DNA of 64,000 nt from Octopus sinensis (GCF_006345805.1 NC_043001.1:16926001-16990000); one strand, 5' to 3'. Positions 1-13,270 are shown, numbered from the stretch's first letter. Notes: a model not told the origin generated them from the letters alone. Translations and numbers: made by a program.

Positions 1-40
1 AATCCAGTTGTAATTGAACCGTTATTTTATCCGACTTTAA

Positions 41-140
41 TTGATGATGATGATGATGAGATGATGATGATGATTGATGGTGGTGGTGGCGGTGGTGGTG
101 GTGGTGGTGGTGGTGGTGGTGGTGGTGGTTATGATGATGG
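41..140. repeat. (GAT)n/(GGT)n trinucleotide microsatellite
   Basis: Directly visible repeats. Confidence 0.95.
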
Positions 141-263
141 AGATGGTGGTGTAGGGTCAGCAGCAATGGTGGAGATATTAACGACGATGATAATGTGTAA
201 TGCCTTTTGAGTAAGTTTTTTTCTCCAGTAACGCATTCCCGTTGCTTCTTGTATTGCTGTTGT

Positions 264-750
264 ATTCTTCTTCCAATCAGGACTCACGCCATTAGCCACA
301 AAGAATAATCTTTAATTCGAGCCTACTCTAAGCCACTAAAAGTGCGTGTAGCTCTATGAAGATCCACCCACCACACGCGATAGACTGGCGGTTGCACGGA
401 CGCGAAAGCTACGTTGTTATCCTCATTCCGTAAACGGTGGCTTTTAACAGGTGGAGAGCTGAACCATCCTGGGGTACAGAGGATTCGCAATCTAGACAAG
501 GGTCTGAAATTTACCACACCGTAGTGGGTTACACCATGGTTACTCTGCTTTGTGGCAGAAGTAGGAAGAAAGAGTGAGAGAAAGTTGTGGGGAAAGAGTA
601 CAGCGGGGTTCACGGCCCCCACCGACAGAGCCTCGTGGAGCTTAGGTGTTTTTGTTCAATAAACACTCACAATGCCCGGTCTGGGAATCGAAACCGCGTT
701 CTTACGACCGCGAGTCCGCTGCCCTAACTACTGGGCCATTGCGCCTCCAC
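264..750 (-). mobile_element. tRNA-derived SINE, group A with tail type 2 (A2)
   Basis: tRNA-like head (TGGAGGCGCAATGGCCCAGTAGTTAGGGC...GTTTCGATTCC) on the minus strand. Collinear with the copy at 24734-25224. 12-bp TSD TATTGCTGTTGT at 252-263 and 751-762. Confidence 0.9.
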
Positions 751-1020
751 TATTGCTGTTGTTGTTGTTCTTGTTCTTGTTGTTGATGTCGTTGTCGTTG
801 TTGCTTTGGATTGTCCAGATTATCCTTTACCAAGTAGTTCTATATTCAAAAGCGTTCCAGTCATGACCATTTGACTATTTTTACCTTAATAAAAATTATT
901 AAGACGGAAACAATGTCCTTCAGCATTTCAAGATGGTGAAAGAAACAAATGCTTCTTTAGTCTTAATTGATATATTTAATCACGATAATATTTCTCTCTC
1001 ATTATTGATAACATAATTAA

Positions 1021-1560
1021 GGCGTCGAGCTGGCAGAATCGTTAGCACGCCGGGCGAAATGCTTAGCGATATTTCGTCTGCCGTTACGTTCTGAGTTCAA
1101 ATTCCGCCGAGGTCAACTTTGCCTTTCATCCTTTCGGGGTCGCGTAAATAAGTACCAGTTACGCACTGGGGTCGATATAATCGACTAAATCCGTTTGTCT
1201 GTCCTTGTTCGTCCCCTCTGTGTTTAGCCCCTTGTGGGTAGTAAAGAAATATTTATTTCGTCTGCCGTTACGTTCTGAGTTCAATTTCCGCCGAGGTCGA
1301 CTTTGCCTTTCATCCTTTCGGGGTCGATAAATTAAGTACCAGTTACGCACTGGGGTCGATATAATCGACTTAATCCCTTTTTCTGTCCTTGTTTGTCCTC
1401 TCTGTGTTTAGCCCCTTGTGGGTAGTAAAGAAATATGTATTTCGTCTGCCGCTACGTCCTGAGTTCAAATTCCACTGAGGTCGACTTTTCCTTTCGAGGT
1501 CGAGGAAATAAGTCCCAGTTGCGCACTGGGATCGATCTAATCGACTAGCTCCCTTCCCCT
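1021..1560 (+). mobile_element. Group C SINE: one head plus three tandem bodies
   Basis: Head GGCGTCGAGCTGGCAGAATCGTTAGC followed by three ~185-bp bodies starting CGTCTGCCG. The last unit has a different 3' tail. Confidence 0.9.
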
Positions 1561-1583
1561 AAAATTTTCAAGTCTTTGTTCAC

Positions 1584-1835
1584 GGGGATATTCAGCGTGA
1601 CACGGAGTGACAAGGCCGGCCCCTTGAAATACAGGTACAACAGAAACAGGAAGTAAGAGTGAGAGAAAGTTGTGGTGAAAGAGTACAGCAGGGATCACCA
1701 CCATCCCTGCCGGAGCCTCGTGGAGCTTTTAGGTGTTTTCGCTCAATAAACACTCACGACGCCCGGTCTGGGAATCGAAACCGCGATCCTATGACCGCGA
1801 ATCCGCTGCCCTAACCACTGGGCCATTGCACCTCC
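1584..1835 (-). mobile_element. 3'-truncated group A1 SINE
   Basis: Matches the first ~250 nt of the A1 copies at 4875 and 53684. Confidence 0.85.
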
Positions 1836-2297
1836 TACTTCGGAATATCACAGCATTATATAGGTTTTGCTTTCAATTTTAACCTGAATAAATTAAATTA
1901 GGTTTCCGACCCAACGAATGAGCTTTTACGTGGTTGTACGACTTCTTTCGGATAGCAGTCAAATATTCCTCAAATCACACCTATCAAAATAAAAAGTGGA
2001 TAATACGATCCTGTGACATCAACATACAGAAAATAAGATGGGATGGTCGCGTGAAGAACGCCTATGAAACAAAGTCTGCTCGATCAAGGCTGATCTCAGG
2101 TTAAACAATGACAACAACAACAGCTTTATTAATTATCCCCTTTCGAGTTCCTATGGTACGGTCAACCAGCTGAGTCTTATAATATGAATCCATGGCTGGG
2201 AATATTTAATTAATTGCAGTACTTGACTGGTTCTTTAGTTTATCGAATTCTCTTAGAAAAAATAGGCAAAAAATATCTTTTCTATTTGGCTATAGTG

Positions 2298-4677
2298 TTC
2301 CCACATCTGGCGCAGTTCTCCACTATATTCATCCCACATCTGGCGCAGTTCTCCCCTATATTCATCCCACATCTGGCGCAATTCTCCACTATATTCATCC
2401 CACATCTGGCGCAGTTTCCACTATATTCATTCCCACTGGCGCAGTTCTCCCCTATATTCATCCCACATCTGGCGCAGTTCTCCCCTATATTCATCCCACA
2501 TCTGGCGCAATTCTCCACTATATTCATCCCACATCGGCGCAGTTCTCCACTATATTCATTCCACATCGGCGCAGTTCTCCCCTATATTCATCCACATCTC
2601 TGGCGCAGTTCTCCACTATATTCATCCCACATCTGGCGCAGTTCTCCCCTATATCATTCCACATCTGGCGCAGTTCTCCACTATATTCATCCCACATCTG
2701 GCGCAGTTCTCCACTATATTCATCCCACATCTGGCGCAGTTCCTCCACTATATTCATCCCACATCTGGCGCAGTTCTCCCCTATATTCATCCACATCTGG
2801 CGCAGTTCTCCACTATATTCATTCCACATCTGGCGCAGTTCTCCACTATATTCATCCACATCTGGCGCAATTCTCCACTATATTCATCCCACATCTGGCG
2901 CAGTTCTCCACTATATTCATCCCACATCTGGCGCAAGTTCTCCACTATATTCATCCCACATCTGGCGCAGTTCTCCACTATATTCATCCCACATCTGGCG
3001 CAGTTCTCCCCTATATTCATCCCACATCTGGCGCAGTTCTCCACTTACATTCAATCACATCTGGCCGCAATTCTCCACTATATCATCCCACATCTGGCGC
3101 AGTTCTGCATTATTCATTCCACATCTGGCGCAGTTCTCCACTATATTCATTCACATCTGGCGCAGTTCTCCACTATATTCATTCCACATCTGCGCAGTTC
3201 TCCCCTATATTCATCCCACATCTGGCGCAGTTCTCCACTATATTTATCCCACATCTGGCGCAGTTCTCCACATATTCATCCCACATCTGGCGCAGTTCTC
3301 CACTATATTCATTCCACATCTGGCGCAGTTCTCCCCTATATTCATCCACATCTGGTGCAGTTCTCCACTATATTCATTCCACATCTGGCGCAGTTCTCCA
3401 CTATATTCATCCCACATCTGGCGCAGTTCTCCACTATTTCATCCCACATCTGGCGCAGTTCTCCACTATATTCATCCCACATCTGGCGCAGTTCTCCACT
3501 ATATTCATCCCACATCTGGCGCAGTTCTCCACTATATTCATCCCACATCTGGCGCAGTTCTCCCCTATATTCATCCTACATCTGGCGCAATTCTCCACTA
3601 TATTCATCCCACATCTGGCGCAGTTCTCCACTATATTCATTCCACATCTGGCGCAGTTCTCCCCTATATTCATTCCACATCTGGCGCAGTTCTCCCCTAT
3701 ATTCATCCCACATCTGGCGCAGTTCTCCACTATATTCATTCCACATTTGGCGCAGTTCTCCACTATATTCATCCCACATCTGGCGCAGTTCTCCACTATA
3801 TTCATCCCACATCTGGCGCAGTTCTCCACTATATTCATCCCACATCTGGCGCAGTTCTCCACTATATTCATTCCACATCAGGCGCAGTTCTCCCCTATAT
3901 TCATCCCACATCTGGCGCAATTCTCCACTATATTCATCCCACATCTGGCGCAGTTCTCCACTATATTCATTCCACATCTGGCGCAGTTCTCCCCTATATT
4001 CATCCCACATCTGGTGCAGTTCTCCACTATATTCATTCCACATCTGGCGCAGTTCTCCACTATATTCATCCCACATCTGGCGCAGTTCTCCACTATATTC
4101 ATCCCACATCTGGCGCAGTTCTCCACTATATTCATCCCACATCTGGCGCAGTTCTCCACTATATTCATCCCACATCTGGCGCAGTTCTCCACTATATTCA
4201 TCCCACATCTGGCGCAGTTCTCCCCTATATTCATCCTACATCTGGCGCAATTCTCCACTATATTCATCCCACATCTGGCGCAGTTCTCCACTATATTCAT
4301 TCCACATCTGGCGCAGTTCTCCCCTATATTCATTCCACATCTGGCGCAGTTCTCCCCTATATTCCCCCCTCTGGCGCAGTTCTCCTCCACTATATTCATT
4401 CCACATCTGGCGCAGTTCTCCACTATATTCATCCCACATCTGGCGCAGTTCTCCACTATAATTCATCCCACATCTGGCGCAGTTCTCCACTATATTCATC
4501 CACATCTGGCGCAGTTCTCCACTATATTCATTCCACATCAGGCGCAGTTCTCCCCTATATTCATCCCACATCTGGCGCAATTCTCCACTATATTCATCCC
4601 ACATCTGGCGCAGTTCTCCACTATATTCATCCCACATCTGGCGCAGTTCTCCACTATATTCATCCCACATCTGGCAC
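2298..4677. repeat. 33-bp minisatellite (TTCATCCCACATCTGGCGCAGTTCTCCACTATA), about 72 units, with a 660-bp higher-order repeat
   Basis: Unit read directly. Lines 3541-3660 are identical to 4201-4320, and 3841-3900 is identical to 4501-4560. Confidence 0.97.
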
Positions 4678-4874
4678 CATACTTATAAATGTTATACGCT
4701 GCATCTAAAACAAGACCATCCGATTGATTAGTAGTAAAACTTTCATCTCCAAACACCAACTTCTTAATCTTTATCCATCTATCCTTACCACAATAAAAGC
4801 TGAATGCCTAGTCATCCGCGCCGAATCATCAGCGGCCAAACAGCTGCGCCCAATCATCACTTTCCGACTTTATT

Positions 4875-5261
4875 GTGGAGGCGCAATGGCCCAGTGGTTA
4901 GGGCAGCGGACTCGCGGTCATAGGATCGCGATTTCGATTCCCAGACCGGGCGTTGTGAGTGTTTATTGAGCGAAAACACCTAAAAAGCTCCACGAGGCTC
5001 CGGCAGGGGATGGTGGTGATCCCTGCTGTACTCTTTCACCACAACTTTCTCTCACTCTTACTTCCTGTTTCTGTTGTACCTGTATTTTCAAAGGGCCAGC
5101 CTTGTCACTCTCTGTGTCACGCTGAATATCCCCGAGAACTACGTTACGGGTGCACGTGTCTGTGGAGTGCTCAGCCACTTACACGTTAATTTCACGAGCA
5201 GGCTGTTCCGTTGATTCGGATCAACCGGAACCCTCATCGTCGCAACCGACGGAGTGCTTCC
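4875..5261 (+). mobile_element. Full-length group A1 SINE
   Basis: tRNA-like head; tail ends GGAGTGCTTCC. 12-bp TSD TTCCGACTTTAT at 4862-4873 and 5264-5275. Confidence 0.92.
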
Positions 5262-5362
5262 TATTCCGACTTTATCAGTGCCTTCAAGCTGAGAAACGTG
5301 AGCAAGTCTTAAACATTTTCCCTTCTTTTTGGCTAATATCATAAAAATAAAACCATCAAAAT

Positions 5363-5780
5363 AGGCGCAGGAGTGGCTGTGTGGTAAGTAGCTTGCTAAC
5401 CAACCACATCGTTGCGGGTTCAGTCCCACTGCGTGGCATCTTGGGCAAGTGTCTTCTGCTATAGCCCCGGGCCGACCAATACCTTGTGAGTGGATTTGGT
5501 AGACGGAAACTGAAAGAAGCCTGTCGTATATATGTGTATATATGTATGTGTGTGTGTGTGGTGTGTGTGTGTGTGTTTGTGTGTCTGTGTTTGTCCCCCT
5601 AGCATCGCTTGACAACCGATGCTGGTGTGTTTACGTCGCCGTCACTTAGCGGTTCGGCAAAAAAGACCGATAGAATACGTACTGGGCTTACAAAGAATAA
5701 GTCCTGGGGTCGATTTGATCGACTAAAGGCAGTGCTCCAGCATGGCCACAGTCAAATGACTGAAACAAGTAAAAGAGTAA
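5363..5780 (+). mobile_element. Group B SINE (CORE-like domain, internal (TA)/(TG) microsatellite)
   Basis: Head GGCGCAGGAGTGGCTGTGTGG, CTTGGGCAAGTG CORE-like box, tail CCAGCATGGCCACAGTCAAATGACTGAAACAAGTAAAAGAG. More than 10 copies in the window. Confidence 0.9.
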
Positions 5781-6116
5781 ACCTGATCAGCAACATCAAC
5801 CACGACAACAACAACAACAGCAACAAAAACAAAATTACTGGCAAGTCAAAACGGAGCTATTTATTTATTCTTTTCCTTTGTCGAAAGTTTCTTTTATCTG
5901 GATCATATTATTGTTTACATGCGTCATTGTTGGATATTTTTGTTCTGTTATTTTTCTCCCCCCACCCCCACTCGTTAAGTAAGAGGTGTGGGTTGGAATG
6001 TAATGAGATTCGTTTGGTGTCAAAGTGACACACTCTGCCAAAATTAGAAAGCAATCTAAAATTGCTGAAGGATCATGTAGACAAAACGGCGGTATCATAA
6101 AACGTAATAAATAATA

Positions 6117-6562
6117 TACAGGTCGTTGTCGACTTACGACATACCCGACTTACGACCTATCAGACTTACGACCAATCGACTTTACGATGATTGGCGCGCC
6201 AGCTCCCGGCAACAATAACAAATAGTCCAGTTGAAATCTAATGAGTTTAATTTCTTAGAAATTAACCCGTCTACGGATGATATCAGTTAACAAACGCTTA
6301 CACTAGGTTTGGCTTTCGATCGCCCCTGTAATTATCCCAAGAGTTGGATGACTATTCTGCCGCGGAAACATCGAGGCAACCTCGTGTTTGTTTATTAGAC
6401 TACTCCCTGAGACTCCGAAAAAATGACTCTGTTGTAGTATCATACAGGATGCTGTGCGTGACGTTTACCTGAGAATTACCTTAAGAATGTAAAAATATAA
6501 AACAAAGCTATGTAGACCTATAGGCCGACTTACGACCAAATCGACTTACGTCGACGACGTAA
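6117..6562. mobile_element. Degraded Tigger/pogo-like MITE
   Basis: Starts TACAGGTCGTTGTCGACTTACGAC with reiterated GACTTACGAC. The right end is only a degenerate inverted copy. Confidence 0.45.
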
Positions 6563-7004
6563 TATAATATGAAATATTATATTATGTGCTGCAGTTGGAA
6601 GAATTATTAAATGACGGGTTACTAGTTTCCATACTGTCATTGCTACGAGGTGTCAATGGCCAAGATATTTATTTCACCGACCCCGGAAACGTTGTTCATT
6701 AACTTAATGGCTTTATTTTCTCGTATGGAATGAGAAAAACGTATTTATGTATATGTATTTTGTTGAAATATAAAAAAAATAAACCCCTGTTTATTCGCTC
6801 ATCAATGCTTCAATGAAAATGTTTGTTGAAAGTGATTCATTTACAAGGTCAGTATAAGTCTGCAGTACTATACCTATCCAAGCTTGATCTGTGTATATGT
6901 GTGTGCGTGTGTGCGCGCATGTGTGTGTAGGTATAAATATAAATGTATATATACGTAAATGTATATATATATATATGTAGATGTATATATATGTAATATA
7001 TATA

Positions 7005-7046
<42 letters not shown>

Positions 7047-7195
7047 TATCGTTCTCTTTTGCCGAACCGCTAGTTACGGGGACGTAAACACACCAGTATC
7101 GGTTTCAAGCGATGGTGGGGAGACAAACACGGACACACAAAACACAACCACAGACAGACAGACAGACACACACACAACACACACAAACATATATA

Positions 7196-7246
<51 letters not shown>

Positions 7247-7614
7247 TATACAGAAGAGAGAGAGGAGAGAGAGAGAGAAGATAGGTATTATATATTATCA
7301 ATTGCATTCAAAACCTAACGCTTGCACTTGTAAAGATCACAACACATTAAATTAAGTACATACGCATCAACAGACACTCCTGTACACGCACACAAACACA
7401 CTCATACACACACACACACTAGCGCGCGCGAACACACACATACGCATACGCACGAACATACACGTACACACACACACACATTTATACATACATACATACA
7501 TATATATATATACATACATACATAGACACACATATACACACACCTATATATATACACACAGAGAGACATACATGCATATTCATATGATAATTTATATATG
7601 TATGTATGTATATA

Positions 7615-7777
7615 TGACTGTGTGGTAAGTAGCTTGTTTACCAACCACATTGTTCCGGGTTCAGATCCACTGCGTGGCATCTTGGGCAAGTGTCTTCTAC
7701 TATAGCCTCGGGTCGATTAAAGCCTTGTGAGTGGATTTGGTAGACGGAAACTGAAAGAAGCCCGTCGTATATATGTA

Positions 7778-7837
<60 letters not shown>

Positions 7838-7965
7838 TGTGTTTGTGTGTCTGTGTTTATACCCCAAACATCGCTTGACAACCGATGCTGGTGTGTTTAC
7901 TTCCCCGTAACTTAGCGGTTCGGCAAAAGAGACCGATAGATAGGTACTAGGCTTACAAAGAATAA
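7615..7965 (+). mobile_element. Group B SINE (3'-truncated); an inverted fragment lies at 7046-7140
   Basis: Matches the other B copies. Confidence 0.85.
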
Positions 7966-8089
7966 ATCCATGTATGTATGCATGCATATGTGTATAATCT
8001 TAAAGTGCCTCTTTACACAACGCATATTTATATATATATTTATACATCAAACACACACACTCACACATTTACGCGCGCTCTCACATCGT

Positions 8090-8163
8090 CATCGTCAACA
8101 TCATCATCGTTATCATCATCACCATCATCATCAACATCATCATCGCCATCATCATCGTCGCCG

Positions 8164-8196
<33 letters not shown>

Positions 8197-8207
8197 CCAC
8201 CACAACC

Positions 8208-8265
<58 letters not shown>

Positions 8266-8270
8266 CCACC
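8090..8270. repeat. (CAT)n/(CAC)n microsatellite
   Basis: Direct; explains the poly-His, poly-Ser and poly-Met ORFs. Confidence 0.95.
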
Positions 8271-8944
8271 TTAATGTTTTCAGTCTGTACTTCCCTCAAC
8301 ATCAGATATTTTCACATGAACGAAGAAAAGTCGTCACTGAATTTTTTCTCCAATATTCCTCATAAAGTTGCCAGAAGGACCGGGTCGTCTAATTAATAAC
8401 AGACTCGACAGAATGACAGAGACAAAAAAAAAAACGAAAACAAAAAAAAATGATGACATTCGCAATTCAGTTCCTTCCCTTTACATTCTTAGGGTTCGAA
8501 TCCCACAAAATCCGAATGTTCAACTTTCCTCCTTCCGCGGTCATTAAATCAGTCATAGGGCCTTTCAAGTATTTGGAAAAAGTACATTTTATACATTCCC
8601 AATCACATGTCAAACCTTGTGCCTGTATAGGAATTTAATAGTATTGCTCGTCGCCGCCCCTTCTCCGCCGTAGAAATGTGTGATTTTGTGCCTATGTGTG
8701 AAATATGTTGGTTACACCCAGCAGCTTTTAGTGGACGGGACGTCTACACCAGTTTGGTGCTGTAATCAGTCAACATTTTACACTAGTAATACAATACTAA
8801 GCCTATAATATTTATTTTCTCCTACTTTCTTGTGCGAGAGAACTTTATTGTTAAACGTTGCAAAACATCTTTAATGCTGAGAGATATGGGTGGATATTAC
8901 GGTTGTGCTGTATGTATATGACCCTACACACACACACACACAAA

Positions 8945-8978
<34 letters not shown>

Positions 8979-9124
8979 TATATATAATTATATATATATA
9001 TATACGCAGAGTTCAAACTTAACAGTAGAGTCCTACATCTAACAATACGCACAAGAATATTATATTATAAAATGCTCTGTGTGTGTGCACGCGCACTCGT
9101 GTGTAAGTGTGTGTGTGTGTGTGT

Positions 9125-9196
<72 letters not shown>

Positions 9197-9339
9197 TGTC
9201 TGTGTACGAGAGTGTTTTCGCGTGTGAGTATGCTCTTAATTTGACACATTATGCTCATTTTAACGATAGAAGAGTATTTGTTGGAATTTTTTTTTGCACT
9301 GAAATCAAATTAGGTGTGTGCATACATACACATATATAT

Positions 9340-9529
9340 ATATATATAGTTGTTAAAGTTAATCCAAACGAGAAAGCACAAAAAAAACACAACAACGCGA
9401 GGACGTGGAACAAATATAGTATTATTGGACGCTCAGGAAAGAAGGAAAGAAGGAGGGTTTAACGTTTCGAGCGGAAGCTCTTCGTCGGAAACATAGGAGA
9501 AGGAAAGATCCAGAGAAGGAAGACAGAGG

Positions 9530-9530
<1 letters not shown>
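9340..9530 (-). mobile_element. Penelope-like element terminal repeat (pLTR) fragment
   Basis: Carries a minimal hammerhead-like motif and abuts a (TA)n tract. Shares GACGCTC(A/G)GGAAAG with the fragment at 54.7 kb. Family assignment is inferred. Confidence 0.6.
9457..9492 (-). ncRNA. Minimal hammerhead ribozyme-like fold (CCGACGA core variant)
   Basis: Minus strand reads GTTT CCGACGA A GAGC-TTCC-GCTC GAAAC GT T AAAC. Stem I 4 bp, stem II 4 bp, palindromic ACGT stem III. Confidence 0.55.
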
Positions 9531-9593
<63 letters not shown>

Positions 9594-9595
<2 letters not shown>

Positions 9596-9845
9596 AGGCG
9601 CGTGGCTAGTGGTTAGGATGTCAGCATCATGATCGTAAGATTGTGGCTTCCATTCCTGGACGGGCGGACGCGTTGTATTCTTGAGCAAAACACTTCATTT
9701 CACTTTGCTCCAGTCCACTCAGCTGGCAAAAATGAGTAACGCTGCGATGGACTGGCGTCCCATCCAGCTGGGAACACATACGCCATAGAAACCGGGAAAC
9801 CGGGCCCATGAGCCTGGCTACGGTTTAAAAGGGCGCATTTATTTT
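9594..9845 (+). mobile_element. Group D tRNA-derived SINE
   Basis: tRNA-like head and GCGATGGACTGGCGTCCC domain. Near-identical to 13517-13777. Confidence 0.85.
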
Positions 9846-10254
9846 ATATATTTATACATATATATACACACGTGTGTATTTATGTATGTATATACGTGGG
9901 TGTGTATGTGTGTGTGCGTGCGCGTGCGTGTGTGTGTATATATATTTCTGGGTAATGATATACCACTCTAGGGTCTCACCCCATGTTTAGTGTGCGGGTG
10001 GCTGGACGCCGTGACATGACAAAAGACATTATCTATGCAAGGGTCAATAGGCTCAAAAAGTTATCAGTAGCTATTTTTGAAACTCTAAATAGACTGGGGC
10101 CTCAAGAGGCTTTTGAGTCTAGCATTGTTAACTCTCTTGGCAACTGATGGCGACGATATCATTTTATAACACCCTGAGCAATGTTCAACTAGACAATCAT
10201 ACATGTATGTATGTATGTATGTATGTATGTATGTATGTATGTATGTATGTATGT

Positions 10255-10435
10255 GTGTGTGTGTTTGCCCCCACCAACCGTTGACAACCGGTGGTAGTGT
10301 GTTTACATCCCCGCAAGAGGGATCGATAAAATAAGTACCAGGATTTAAAAAGTACTGGGGTCGATTCATTCGACTAAAAATTGTCCATGGCGGCGCCCCA
10401 GCATGGCTGCACTCTAATGACTGAAACATGTAAAA
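10255..10435 (+). mobile_element. 3' half of a diverged group B SINE
   Basis: TTGACAACCGGTGGTAGTGTGTTTACATCCCCG...CCCCAGCATGGC...TGACTGAAAC. Confidence 0.7.
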
Positions 10436-10436
10436 G

Positions 10437-10460
<24 letters not shown>

Positions 10461-10467
<7 letters not shown>

Positions 10468-10647
10468 GAATAATATATAAATATATGCATATATACATAC
10501 ATATATGTACAAACCTACATATATATATAATATGAATAATATATAAGTATATGCATATATACATACATATATGTACAAACCTACATATATATATAATATG
10601 AATAATATATAAATATATGCATATATACATACATATATGTACAAACC

Positions 10648-10678
<31 letters not shown>

Positions 10679-10895
10679 CTATATATATATATATATATAT
10701 ATATAATATGAATAATATATAAATATATGCATATATACATACATATATGTACAAACCTACATATATATATATATATAATATGAATAATATATAAGTATAT
10801 GCATATATACATACATATATGTACAAACCTACATATATATATAATATGAATAATATATAAATATATGCATATCTACATACATATATGTACAAACC

Positions 10896-10905
<10 letters not shown>
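10461..10905. repeat. AT-rich ~66-bp minisatellite, six units arranged as two triplets
   Basis: Unit ATAATATGAATAATATATAA(A/G)TATATGC...GTACAAACCTAC. The A,G,A variant pattern repeats with a period of ~243 bp. Confidence 0.9.
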
Positions 10906-10951
<46 letters not shown>

Positions 10952-11171
10952 ATATATATAGATGCATATACGAGTACAGGATATTAAAAAATGTTGAATA
11001 CAATGAGAAACGAAAACATAAAAACAAAAACATGGAAAACGAACTTTTTTTCGAACAACGAAAAATAACAGAGAAACGAGACATACAACATAAAGAATAT
11101 TCCCCTTCATCAGTTGTCCCTGTTTCATCTACACCGCGTTTCGAATATATATATATGGTTCATATTTACAG

Positions 11172-11285
11172 AAAACAAAAGGCGAAGACAATGGAATTTA
11201 CCATGCTACGCCAGACTTCACGGTCCATCATGGCATTTTGGAGGTCCTGTTGCTGGATGCCTGTATCCCTGGAGATTACATCAGG
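11172..11285 (+). CDS. Candidate internal host exon, unknown protein
   Basis: Non-repetitive island with TTTACAG acceptor and CAGG|GTAGGA donor. All three frames are open, so the frame is unresolved. Confidence 0.25.
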
Positions 11286-11443
11286 GTAGGAGAGTGTGCG
11301 CCCTCTGGTATTGCGAGTAGATGGCTTCCGAGGAGAAGAGTAGAAAGTACCTCGTTTTCAGAGAGAGAGAAAAGTGCAGAGTTCATTGGTCGAACATAGC
11401 AAGATGACCGGAGAAAAAAAGGTTGAATGAAAGGGAGATGAGG

Positions 11444-11492
<49 letters not shown>

Positions 11493-11499
11493 CGGTATG

Positions 11500-11600
<101 letters not shown>

Positions 11601-11626
11601 CAGTTCAGCTATAATGCCGATTCTAT

Positions 11627-11855
11627 GTGAGCTGGCAGAAACGTGAGCACGCCGGGCGAAATGCGTAGCCATATTTCGTCTGCCGTTACGTTCTGAGTTC
11701 AAGTTCCGCCGAGGTCGACTTTGCCTTTCATCATTTCGGGGTCGATTAAATAAAGTACCATTTACGCACTGGGGTCGATGTAATCGACTTAATACGTTTG
11801 TCTGTCCTTGTTTGTCCCCTCTATGTTTAGTCCCTTGTGGTCAGTAAAGAAATAT
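11627..11855 (+). mobile_element. Single group C SINE
   Basis: Head plus one body ending GTAAAGAAAT. Confidence 0.88.
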
Positions 11856-12660
11856 ATAATGCCGATTTTACTGTACACAAGCAAACCGATGGCAACTTCG
11901 ACCCTGAAATAGCTGATAAACATACGCATGATACTTAAATATAGATAAGGTGAGATAAATGGAATATTATGAACTAAAAAAAAGGTTTTCTTATTCATTC
12001 ATTTAATATATTAACGGCACTTTCACACCCCAACCTAATTCATATTACGAATGTTCGTTTAAGCTAGCGAGAAGACGTTATATAAGAAACGGACAAAAAA
12101 AATAAGGAGAAAATTGTATTTACTACTATTGCTACGATGAATAAATATATATACAAACATATACACACACACGTATCAAGGAAGAATGAGAGGGGGTGAG
12201 TGGTGGGTAGAAAGAGATATTAATACAACTGAATGTTTTTTCATCGTGGCAAGACAAAGAGAGGAAGATAGAATGAAGGAACTGAACAGAACTGCACCAG
12301 GGAATGTGAGAATTCAAATGGTATTTTATAGTTGCAACAATGATATTGTAGACCCCGTATCATGTTCAAGCGATAGACCTGGTTTTCGAATGGAAGTCTA
12401 TGAAATCGCCCACATTAAGGAGATTTTGAGAAAAAAAGCGTGTTTTCTTTTTATTTCATGATTTTTTTTTTTTTTTTTAGATAGATTGCAATCTGAAATT
12501 TTAACATTTGAGATCGCACTACAGTTCTTTCGTGTGACTGAGGCAGATTTGGTTTCGTCAAACAAAAATCTTTGAGAAAGGCATTTTATGTTAAAATATT
12601 ATAAATAGATTATTTGAGATGAGATAAGTCTTACGTGTGTGTGCGTGTGTATATAATATT

Positions 12661-13270
12661 TTCTACTCTAGGCACAAGGCCCGAAAAATTTTTTGTGGTG
12701 GGGACCAGTCGATTATATCGACCCCAGTACGTAACTGATACTTAATTTATCGACCCTGAAAGGATGAAAGGTAAAGTCCACCTCGGCGGAATTTGAACTC
12801 AGAACATAAAGACAGACGAAATACCTATTTCTTTACTACTCACAAGGAGCTAAACACGGAGGACAAACAAGGACAGACAAACGGATTAAGTCGATTATAT
12901 CGACTCCAGTGCGTAACTGGTACTTATTTAATCAACCTTGTAATGATGAAAGGCAAAGTCGACCTCGGCGGAATTTGAACTCAGAACGTAACGGCAGACG
13001 AAATACCGCTAAGCATTTCGCCATACGTGCTAACGTTTCTTATTTCTTTACAACCTATAAGGGGCTAAACACAGAGGGGACAAATAAGGACAGACGACGG
13101 ATTAAGTCGATTACATCGACCCTAGTGCGTAACTGGTACTTATTTAATCGACCCCGAAAGGAAGTAAGGGAAAGTCGACCTCGGCGGAACTTGAACTCAG
13201 AACGTAGCGGCAGACGAAATACCGCTAAGCATTTCGCCGGATGTGCTAATGTTTCTGCCAGCTCGCCGCT
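12661..13270 (-). mobile_element. Group C SINE array (head plus three bodies; last has the alternative tail GGCCTTGTGCCTAGAGTAGAA)
   Basis: Reverse complement of the group C consensus, repeated three times. Confidence 0.88.

Noticed and set aside
2298-4677. CRISPR array
   Set aside because: The units are contiguous with no unique spacers, there are no cas genes, and the context is eukaryotic.
2214-4688. 824-aa ORF and overlapping repeat ORFs as a protein-coding gene
   Set aside because: It is the stop-free 33-bp minisatellite. The ORF drifts between all three frames at indels and starts at a non-ATG codon.
4875-4950. tRNA genes at the heads of groups A-D
   Set aside because: The A/B-box-like heads run into SINE bodies and tails with TSDs, and I found no complete cloverleaf or acceptor stem.
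11085-11145. Hammerhead around the minus-strand CTGATGA at ~11106-11112
   Set aside because: No GAAA follows the putative stem II, and the upstream GAAAC is followed by GTG, which is not a valid cleavage triplet. It may be a Penelope-like remnant but not a supportable fold.
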